From NCBI RefSeq assembly GCF_009914755.1, contig NC_060929.1: a stretch of DNA of 64,000 nucleotides; one strand, given 5' to 3'. Origin of the DNA: the human T2T-CHM13v2.0 reference genome, Homo sapiens. The stretch's first letter is position 1. Each line of letters begins with the position of its first letter. Shown here piece after piece: positions 1 to 12,480 of the stretch. Both the position numbers and the translations under genes were made by a program. The notes under the pieces were generated by a model, which did no database searches, was not told where the DNA came from, and saw only the letters and a program-made list of their open reading frames with translations.

Positions 1-258
1 TTGGATATTTTTCCAAACAAAAAGTTTTATTTAAAAATTAATCTTGACTCCTACTTGTATGTAAAAAACAAAAACAATTTTGATCCATCTAAATGTGAAA
101 CCTAGAAATAGCAAATAAATACAAAACAATAAAGCTTCTAGAAGAAACATGGGATAATATCACGGTCTTGAGGTAGGCAAAGATTTCTTAAACAGGACAG
201 AATTGTACTGAAAATACAGGAAAAAAATAAGTTGAGGTATATTAAAATTAAGAACTTT
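1..258 (+). mobile_element. Old L1 (L1M-type) ORF2 3' fragment
   Basis: AAAGCTTCTAGAAGAAA...GTAGGCAAAGATTTCTTAAACAGGACA...ATTAAAATTAAGAACTT resembles old L1 ORF2 consensus. Confidence 0.7.
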
Positions 259-260
259 GG

Positions 261-936
<676 letters not shown>

Positions 937-1349
937 GATCCCAAGTGGCAAACTGGGCCTAAATTTTAAATACAGCCGAGCAGCCACTTGCTGACTAGAG
1001 GTCACACATGTACTCTGAGTTTCTGAAAACCCCCATCTCTGTTTAATTTTGGAACTTTCTGATCTCACCTGAACCAACCAATCAGGGCTCAGCTTTATCA
1101 ACCAGTCAGGGTCCAGCTGCACCAACCGATCAGAACTAAGCAAGTTTGAATCCTTCTGCTGCGTAAATGAATTTGATTGGGAAGCTGAGTGGGAAAATTT
1201 CTCTCTATGGAGGCCAAGTTCCTCATTTGTTCCCTGGAATGCACCTTCCAAAGGCTACGTGCCAAAGGCCGTGTCTCCTCAGTTTGCGAACTGTTCATTG
1301 GAATAAAGTCTCCTTCGTCAAATTCCACCTCAGAGAACTTTTATTCACA
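937..1349 (+). mobile_element. ERV1-class LTR fragment (MER67-like)
   Basis: Tandem CCAATCAG-type boxes, AATAAA at ~1301, ends in ...TTCACA. Confidence 0.6.
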
Positions 1350-2177
1350 GGCTTAATAGGGTAATGGCAGTCACATGAACATGCAGACATTATGTGGTTA
1401 ACTATGCATGAGCTGAAGGGGGAAGAAGAAAAGAGGAAAGGAAAGCAGCTTGGAAGGGTGAGTAAAGTTCGGGGTAATTTACCCTTGAAAAACGGCCAAA
1501 CCCTTAAGTCAAAAGCAAGAGTTTATTCTTTTAGCCACCCCTCCTTTTATCCCTTGCCAGCAGCCTGGAAAGTTCCAGAATCTCAGGAATAAGTTCCATT
1601 TTTCTTTGCATCCCCCAGCTCCCTCCCTAGTATCCACACAGTAGCAAGGGCTCCCTAAACAGCCTTCGAATCTTGTTCTTGAGAACTCACTCACACGTGA
1701 TAGATGAAACAAAAGAAAATACAGATCTGATGCTAACTGAATAGCTGACAAGGTCATTTAAAATCAGACTTCTTTCAGAGGGAGGGCTGCAGGAATGTTG
1801 TTGTATTGGAAGGTTTCAGTTTCATCTGGCTTATCCAAAAAGGAAAGACTTTGCTGCCACACAGGGCTAGGCTTGCAGGCCCTAGAACACTGAGCACCAC
1901 TCCTGAGACATGAATAGCACTGAAGGCCCCAGAACAGGCAGCCAAAGGACTAGGGGGCCTCCCGCTGATGCAAGGATTTCAAAGTTAAACTTGTAGGTGT
2001 ATAAGAGTGGGGCATTTAAAACAGCCTGCTTCCCAATGAGGTGGAATTAAATGGTGATGTTATCCTATTGGAGGCTGTCTCCTGGAGGTGATAACCTATG
2101 TTCCTGATCACTGGGGGGATGGTGCCCTTATTCCTACCCACTTGTCATGCCTCCCAAATGTCTGTATGACATTGACC

Positions 2178-2880
2178 TGAAACCACCTTTGCAAAATTAT
2201 GACAGCAAGAGAAATATGACATAGTTGACTCCATCTTACTTCTAACCTCCAGTTTCTCCTTGGTCATTCCTGGGTGTAGACCAAGCTGAATTTGGGATGA
2301 ATTTAGTTTATACTTTAACCTTAAAGCAAGGATGGTAATAGCCCTTCTTAAAACAAAAGCACCTTTTTAAAACTAAAGAAAGGTCACCCGTTAGGATTAT
2401 GAGAGGGGCTTGAATTTGCCTAAGATGTTGGCATAGTTACTCCTTACTGTTCAGGAGTCATGTGGCCAGAGGTCACAAGATTTGTGACTTCCCCAATTAC
2501 TCCTGTAGATAACATCTATTATAGAATCTAAGATTTTTTTTTGAGATATCTTTCAGACTAACCCCACCCAGACTCCTGACTCACCCCATCCTGCGGCCTC
2601 ACCCAGAGGTGGACTCAGAACTAAGGACCATTTTCCAAAACCTTATGACTTCTTCCCCAACCAGTCAACATTTGCCATTCCCGTGTACCCTGCCCACCAA
2701 ACTATCCTTGAAAACTCCTAATCTCCAAGACTTTGGAGTGATTGATTTGAGTAATAACTCTGTCTCCCACCTGGCGTGGCCAGTCTCACATCAATTAAAC
2801 TTTCTTTACTGCAATGCCGTAGTCTCAGTGGATTGATTTTGTCTGGGCAGTGGGCAGGAAGAACTTGTCAGGCAATTACA
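2178..2880 (+). mobile_element. LTR8A/8B-type ERV1 solo LTR
   Basis: TGAAACCACCTTTGCAAAATTATGAC start, ...ATTACA end, 4-bp TSD GACC on both sides. Confidence 0.88.
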
Positions 2881-2949
2881 GACCTTCCAACCTGAAGGGT
2901 GAGGGGACAGCCTTCTGGGGCTGATAGAAATGTCTTACTCTTCTCCTTC

Positions 2950-3711
<762 letters not shown>

Positions 3712-4703
3712 CACCTTCCCAGCCTTCATTTCTCATTGGCATGATGCCTCCTCTTGGCCTGCTGCTGATTCCATCCTAATGCCAGACCAACAAGGCTCTG
3801 CTCACCCAGCTCTGAGCCTTACCCCAGTGCTGGCTTTGCTCTGCTCTTCCTGATCCTCTGATCTCCTTCTAGTCCTGCCCCAGGGCAACTCCACATCTGG
3901 CTATTCCTGGCTCTTACTCTTCTTTTTACCTCAACCCAGACCAGCAGCTCACCAAGCCACCAAGACTCATGGTTCCTCCTGTATGCAGCCCTTGTCTGAC
4001 AGGCCACGTGGTATTGATCACTTGTGGGGTCAGAGAAAGTGGGAGGAAGTTTGAAGCATTTTAGAGGATGGCAAGAGACGGAGGCCCTTCTCCTTTTTCT
4101 CTCATTATCCCCTCCAAGAACTTCCCACAGGTTGATAAATATTGCTATGGTCCAAAACAGAAGGTGCAATTTGGCTCTATTCTCAGATTTTCCTCCTATG
4201 GGTTAGTAAAACAGATGGAAGGCTGTCCAAGTCCAAGAGAGAGCCAGACTCATTCAGAGTGATCTTTTCAATGCTCGAAAACCTGGCACAGCGCTGTCTT
4301 TACTAATTCTCACCCTGAGAGGAGACCAAAGGACTCATTGGGATAGAGGCCATGTGAGAGTGGGGATGTTAAACCAACAGCTCCCCTAGGTTGAGGCAGG
4401 TTTAGGGGTCTGCTTTGTGCACACAGACCCTATTAATATCTTATGACCCACTTGGGATTATTTGGGTGGAATTGTTTGAAGAGGAGAAAAATTCTCTTTG
4501 CTTCCTATTAAGATGCCACCAGATGATCCCCTGGCAGAGTTCTTTGGCTCCTTTCTCACAATAATGAAAAAATTATATATACACCTTATTTCCTTTTTAA
4601 AGACACTAGATATTGGGATGCCAAGGCTCAGATTGGACTGCGTGCTAAATCTCAAAATTTTCAGACAGTTTAATCTGCATAAAGACAAACAGTTTGGACT
4701 CAC

Positions 4704-4793
4704 CTCAATGCACATCTGATCCCAGGAGGTGATGACTTTACAGCCGGCAGAAAACAGCACCACCCAAAAGAAGCAGCTGACGTCAAACGCCAT
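4704..4793 (-). CDS. CD180: CD180 (RP105) coding exon 1: signal peptide and first mature residues, MAFDVSCFFWVVLFSAGCKVITSWDQMCIE
   Basis: Translation matches the recalled CD180 N-terminus. ATG is in strong context (GTGATGG). Exactly 90 nt, followed by consensus donor GAG|GTGAGT at 4703. Later exons lie left of the window. Confidence 0.97.
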
Positions 4794-5000
4794 CACAGGC
4801 TAGGATTGCTTGGTGGGTTTACCTAATGCTTGGAGCTGAGAAATGGAATCAAACTGTGAAGGCCCTGGCAATTTGGCAGCCAGAGAGGTACTCAGAAGGG
4901 TGATCTTGGAACAAGAAATGCTGTTGACTGCTCAGCATTCTGTGGCTCTGTGCTGGAAAAAAAAAAAAAAAAAAAAAAGGAAGTCCCTTTTGCATACCAC
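4794..5000 (-). promoter_or_regulatory. CD180: CD180 5'UTR and TATA-less proximal promoter
   Basis: Directly upstream of the ATG. A22 tract 4957-4978 runs into GGAAGT (ETS/PU.1 type), overlapping GGGACTTCC (kB-like, minus strand), with octamer-like TTTTGCAT at ~4988-4995. TSS inferred at ~4940-4955, not observed. Confidence 0.7.
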
Positions 5001-5841
5001 CCATCTTTGCCAAAAATAACTGAGGACCCAACCCCAGAATGGCCCGTTCCATTTCCTGGCACTGAACATGAATCAGTTGTGCAGTCCTTTTGGGCTGATC
5101 ACACAGACTCTCATTGTGATGGTTCCAATTGACTTTATGCCAACTTCAAGCATTTGGCCAACTCCAACAGCTTCTGGTCCTTTTCCCCGAGAGAGGCTGT
5201 GGAAGCTCTACTCACCAAGGAGGCCACTTTCTTAGTTGTCCTAGGTGAGTGAATAGAAGAGGTGTCAGAGAACATGGAAGGGCAGAGCACTCTGCAGGGG
5301 CAGACTGAAGAACTGAGCCCTTCAGTGGCACCTGCTGAGCTGGGAACTGGAGCAGGAGGGAGCAGGCTTGAGAGTGTATCTGCTCCTTGAGCCTCAGCTG
5401 CTGCCTTGGCCACCTTGTCCATCCCCACCTCTGGTCTTCGTATAGGGGGAAGATTACTTCATCTCTTGACCTGGCGGTTCAGGCTTGTTAAAGCAGTTGG
5501 GGTGGACTCTCTTGTTCCCTCCTAACCTGGCCTGGGGAAGTAGGGGACACTGCCATAGATAGAGCAGCCTGGCTAAAGGAGAGTAGAGTTAGGGATGCCA
5601 GCCTTGGCTCTATTTCTTCTTAGAAATAGCTTTGAAGCAGGATTACAATTACCCTTATTATGGAGCAAGATGTGGCAATGATTAAAGAAAGCCAAAGTTC
5701 AAACATTCCTCAATAGGCTGCATTTAGCTACCTGTTCTGTCTGTTCTTCAACCCTCTGGCATACAGGATATATTTGGTGTTACTGTTCTCCCACTCCATT
5801 TCCAAGAGCCCAGTTCTTAGTATCAGAGTTCACAATGACTT

Positions 5842-5890
5842 AACTACTGCTACTACTACTACTACCACCACCACCACCACCACCTCTACA
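5842..5890. repeat. Compound (TAC)n(CAC)n microsatellite
   Basis: Read directly; source of the spurious poly-Val ORF. Confidence 0.9.
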
Positions 5891-5924
5891 GTATTACTAT
5901 GATGAATCAAATGACTATAGTATC

Positions 5925-6170
5925 TGCCATTTATTGAGTCCTTACTATGTGTCAGACACTGGGTCAGGTTTAATGCAGTTTTTTGCTGCATTTTCCTATC
6001 CTCGAATATTTCCATATATTCTATAAGAGAGATATTATTATTTCCCTCATTTTATAGATGTAGAAACTGATGCTTAAGAGAAATTAAATGATCTCTCCAA
6101 GCCACACAATTAGAGAGTGGTAGATTAGGGCTTCAGATCCAGAAAATCTCACTGCAGAGACTATGCTGCT
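5925..6170 (-). mobile_element. MIR
   Basis: ATTTATTGAG..TTACTATGTG...CATTTTATAGATGTAGAAACTGA core. Confidence 0.75.
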
Positions 6171-6489
6171 ACTCTTCACAGTTTAAGAAAGGACTTTGCC
6201 TCCTGAAGGAGCTGAAGAGTAGATGGGGCGAAGAATGTTGTTCATCTGGAGATTTCAGAAAAGATGCTAAAAAGCAGAGGGGATTGGAGGAAATATGTAC
6301 TTGGCAGTCTGCTAGGCCTGCTACACATATTTGGGCTTTTCCTGGTCACCCTTAAAATGCCATCTTCATCAACAAAATCATCTCTGAAGATGCTATCAGC
6401 AAGACACAGTCTAAGCAAACCCAGACCAATGACGGACCACCTTGCTTCAAATAAGACATCCATCAGTGTATATTAGGAAGAGCTGAGAA

Positions 6490-6675
6490 CTGGGAAGAGT
6501 CTAGTGGTAGACCGCAGATCCTTGCTTACCAACTGAGTGACCTTGGGCAAGTCATTTCACTTCTCTAAGTCCGTTTTCCCATCTGAAAAACAAGAATTAT
6601 AATTCCTCTTCTGCCTACATCACAGAGTAATTATGAGGATCAAATAGGATCATGTATGTGAAAATGCTTTTCTTA
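6490..6675 (+). mobile_element. MIR
   Basis: TGACCTTGGGCAAGTCATTTCACTTCTCT...CCCATCTGAAAA core. Confidence 0.75.
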
Positions 6676-7229
6676 TCTTAAAGTCCCACATAAATATGCA
6701 GAATGTGAGGCAAAGACTGAGTAACGAATTCCAATGTCGTGTAAATATCACTCTCAGGAAATTGTCTCCTGCCCCAGAGATGTTGAAAGGCATATTACTT
6801 TCCTTCTTAAAGAAAGGTCTGATGGCTCAGTTAAGGCCATCAGATTTTGTCATTTTCTTAAGCTATATCATTTGCATATGATTTACATGTGTTTGCATAA
6901 TGAATTCAAAAGACTCACTGCAAGTATATAAGAGTAAAATAAAATGAATGAATATGAGTGACCTTCTGCCACGGTATTCAAATCACATATTCAGGGCATA
7001 ATACCCTGAAATATGAAATAGATTAAAATGTAAACTATTGCAAACAGATGAGAAGATAGGTTTTAGAGTTTAGAGGCAAGAATGAAACCTTATTTGGTCC
7101 CAGAATTTGGATATAAAGAACCACATCCTCTTACAGGTCACCTCATCCAAATGATGTTCATGCCTGAATTCTCTCCTACACACCCCTAATTCACCCCTCT
7201 CTGTAGACAAAAACATACTCTCTGAATTA

Positions 7230-7470
7230 TTTTTCAGTCTATTATGAAATGCCTCAGGTGACAGAAAACTCATCATCCCTCACCCCCCAATGGTTTTGGC
7301 CAAGTTTGACTGTTTAAAAGGTTTTATCTTATATTGAACTGTTAAAGTCTCCTTTGGCTAACAGAGTAAGTTCAAGGCCTTTTCTACCTTCAAGTATTTG
7401 AAAATAGCTACCATGTCCCTGAATCGTTCTCTTTCTAGGTTAAAAATCTCTAGTTCCTCAAACTATGTCA
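7230..7470 (-). mobile_element. L3/CR1 LINE relic
   Basis: CCTTCAAGTATTTGAAAATAGCTACCATGTCCC...TCTAGGTTAAAAATCTCTAGTTCCT resembles CR1 ORF2 3' region. Confidence 0.55.
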
Positions 7471-8671
7471 TAAATTCATGTATTACAACCCCTAGCAGGC
7501 TGTTTATCTAAATGTTTTCCCAATTGCCCAAGAAAAGCACTGACTTGAATTTTAATCCCAGCTTTGCCACTCACTGGTTGTGTGTCACTGGGGCAGTCTC
7601 TCAGTCTCAATTTACTTACCTGAGAAATTATGGAGTTTAACTAGCTTATCAACAAGGTACTTCTTTATTTAAAACTCCATTACTCTATTTCAAAACTATG
7701 ATTTCCAATTTACTTTTGTAACAGAGTTTTTGGCTTGAGCCAATAATATTGAGTTACACTTGATTTTTGTTAATAATCTGCTCTTTCTTTTTCCAGGTAG
7801 TCTCACATCTTCTTGGCAAACAAAAATTAGAGAAAGAAGTTTGGCGGAGTGATGGGCACCATGATTTCTGCATTCCCAGTTGACTCATAGTGCCATTAAG
7901 GGATCAAACTGCCAGCACCCATGCTGAGAAACAGTTCTTGCAGAGATATGGAGAGGGAGAAGAGAACATGAGAAAAGGCACCAGAAATGTATTTATTTCT
8001 ACTGATCAGCATCCATTTCAGTGAGGAAACAACAGACTGTGGGCCCCAGAAGTTTTCAAAAGTTCAAGCATCCTTATATTAGGTATTAACATATATTTAC
8101 ATACAAATCCCAAATCATTGTTTTTGTTGTTGTACTGTCTTTTATTCTACTACATTTGCATGCAGTTCGTCCCTTGTGGTCAGCTATCTCCCCATGGGTG
8201 ACCCCACAGAACTACCCAATTTCCTGTCTGGTGAGGCCCATACATTCACTTCCTTGTTGCCATGTATTTATAATCTGGGAGTGATTTGGGGTCCTATAAC
8301 TCTTTATTTGGCTCTTCAGGCTCTTTCCTGGTGATAACTCAAAGGCTAATGTACTTTCTTTCAAGGATGTGCAAACCAAAATATGCTTTTGTGATCTAAG
8401 TTTAGCAAAAAGCTAGATATTTTTAAAATAATTTCATTAGGGAATTAAAACAATAATTTATATTATATCTTATGGGCACCAGTTGGTATTAAACTGACCT
8501 ATATTTTTCCCCTCTCTACATTTAGTTGTAGTTCTGCTTTTTGTTCAAGCCTGCTTTCCTGCCTCCAGATGGTTATGTTTATTTGCATCTAAAATTTTAC
8601 GTGAATATTTTAAATATTGTATGGTCAGTTTTACTCTTTATCATTATATTTCCCAATATATGTTTGTTTAT

Positions 8672-9020
<349 letters not shown>

Positions 9021-9256
9021 TAAGGGCCCAAAGTCAAGCCCACCTCTCTCTGAGGGTTATTGTTGTGCTGCTTCATGAGTGCACCAGAACAAAGCTATCT
9101 GTTCCTCTACTCCTGCCTTCTTGTCATGCTGCTTTTGCTTCTGTCTTTGTGGTTGATGCTGCTTGTGAGGCTACCAGGCTAGACAGAGCAAGTGATGGTG
9201 ATGCTCCTTTCACACCTTGAGAGGAGACAGGGCTTTCCTCATGTCTGGCTTGATTT

Positions 9257-10220
<964 letters not shown>

Positions 10221-11560
10221 CTCTCTGCACTATTATTGGCACTGCTGCCAATGCCACCACCAACAGTGCAAGCACAGTACCTTCACATGACATAGAGAAT
10301 TTTTTTGTGACAGAGGTGAGCTGTCTAAGTCCTTTCATGTGCCTCTGAGCCCAAATCTTCTGTGTTTCCATACTCAGGGGAAGGGGAGGTCTTTACCTGT
10401 CTTATCCAAGGACGTTTGCACTCCCTGTCCCAGGATTTACCTCTTCCCAAGATGAGTGATTTTGGAAATATCCATTCTCTGGGCCTTCATTATAGCAATT
10501 TGAAAACTATCTGGTGTTGGAACATTTCCCCAAATCTGGGTTTCACTATTTTTTGTGGTCATCTAGTTACATATATATAGTTCTGAAAATATGTGTAGCA
10601 TGTTAGAATATTTGTCAAGCTTTAACTTTCAATTAACCATAACATCAGTGCCGTTCACTAACTTCTCTTTCATCTGATGCATTTTTTGAAGGCAGAAATG
10701 TTAAAGGCATCCTTAGGGTTTTTCTCTCAAACTGTAAATGAATGTAATATTAACAGGAACTGAGATACAGGGACTAGAATGAGTACAGGGCTGGGAATTG
10801 GGATTCCGAGATAAACTCTCAACTCTGAAATAAAATAGTTTCAATAGTGGTGCATTGAAATCAGAAATTTTAAGCTAAAAATAAGTTTTAAAATAATCTA
10901 ATCCAGCCCTGTCATTTTTTCATTAAGAATGTAAGTGAACAACCTATGAGTTTAACAGTCCCAAAAGTGGAGATTACTTATATTATTATTCAATTTACTT
11001 ATATTATTATTTACTTTTAGCCCTTCAGGAACATTTTGCACACCCTGTCTTATGTCAGGCTTTTTACTGTGAGCATTGTATTAGATTAAATTTCCGCAGC
11101 CCTTTATAGTGAGCGTGGGAGGAAAGGATTGCCCAAGCTAGCTAAGAGGTAGGCAACAACTTCCGTAAATGGCAATGTGGCATCCTTCCTTCATTCTAGT
11201 GAACCTCAGAAATGTCCCATCAGTATGACTGGGAGCATTTGTTACAGGCAGGATGGGGTAAGGGAACCTTTTGTTTGTTCCTCTGCTCGATGTGCAGCCC
11301 TGTCTTCCTCTTGTGAGCAGGATTAGCAGCAGACAAGAGTTCAACAGCCTTCATGGGTTTCCATCTTCAGACACAGATACCTATTTGATCTTGGACATAT
11401 CATTAGACTCTAAGTGTTTCAACTTCTTCTACAAAAGAGAAATACTGTCTCCCCTGCTTACCTCTGAAGGGTGCTTGTGAAAGAAAGGACTATAGAGAAT
11501 AACCCATAAAGGACTATAAAGAATTATTTTTATTTTATGTATTAAAAAAATTTTTTTTCT

Positions 11561-11870
11561 GGCTGGGCATAGTAGCTCACGCCTGTAATCTCAGCACTTT
11601 GGGAGGCTGAAACAGGCAGATTGCCTGAGTTCAGGAGTCCCAGACCAGCCTGGGCACCATGGCAAAACCCTGTCTCTACAAAAAATACAAAAATCAGCCA
11701 GGTGTGGAGGCACATGCCTGTGGTCCCAGCTAGTTGAGGGGCTGAAGCAAGAGGATTGCCTGAGCCCAGGAGGTCGAGGCTGCAGTGAGCTGAGATCGCA
11801 CAATGGTACTACAGCCTGAGTGACAGAGTGAGCCCGTGTCTCTAAAAAAAAATAAATTACAAAAATAGTA
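11561..11870 (+). mobile_element. AluJ
   Basis: GAGCCCAGGAGGTCGAGGCTGCAG J-type; TSD-like ATTAAAAAAAT flanks. Confidence 0.88.
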
Positions 11871-11883
11871 ATTAAAAAAATAT

Positions 11884-12002
11884 TTTTATAGGCAGAGTTC
11901 TCACTGTGTTCCAGACTGGTCTTGAACTCCTGGCCTCAAGTGATCCTCCTGCCTCAGCCTCTTGAGTAGCTGGCATTACAGGCATAAGCCACCATGCTTG
12001 GC
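11884..12002 (-). mobile_element. FLAM / Alu monomer
   Basis: Single reverse left-arm monomer; outer TSD AAGAATT at ~11519 and 12003. Confidence 0.8.
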
Positions 12003-12139
12003 AAGAATTACATGTTATTTCTAGCATAAAGCATGCGTGAATGACCAGGCTGATTTATTGTCCATATTCAGTTTGTGGTTTTAAGGAGCAGCTCCTCAGG
12101 AGGCAAAGTAAAAGGAAGAGCAAAAATAAAATATATGTA

Positions 12140-12480
12140 GGTAATACAGACTATATGCCAGGTACTCTTGTAAACACTTGATGTGCATTATTTATCACAT
12201 ATAATTTCAGAACTACTTGTTGATGTAGGTCCTTTTTTTTTTTTTTTTTTTTTTTTTGAGACGGAGTCTTGCTCTGTCGCCCAGGCTGGAGTGCAGTGAC
12301 ACGATCTTGGCTCACTGCTGGCTCCACCTCCCGGGTTCACATGATGTAGGTGCTATTTTTATCCCAAATCTATAGATGAGTGCACAAAGGTTAGAGTGGT
12401 TCAGAAATACATGCAAGTTCACAGGTCAGAAAGTGGAAGTTTCAGGGCTCCTAACTCTCTCTGTCTGATCCCAGACTCAC
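12140..12480 (-). mobile_element. MIR interrupted by a truncated Alu
   Basis: CTATATGCCAGGTACT...CTATAGATGAG...GGTTAGAG. Confidence 0.6.
12233..12341 (-). mobile_element. 5'-truncated AluY-like insertion
   Basis: T25 plus ~84 nt of right arm; TSD TGATGTAGGT(C/G)CT. Confidence 0.88.

Noticed and set aside
4458-4796. 112-aa ORF as a full protein
   Set aside because: Only 4704-4793 matches CD180; the rest is intron read-through past a consensus donor.
6988-7014. Short inverted repeat TTCAGGG...CCCTGAA
   Set aside because: Short stem, chance level, no RNA-gene features.
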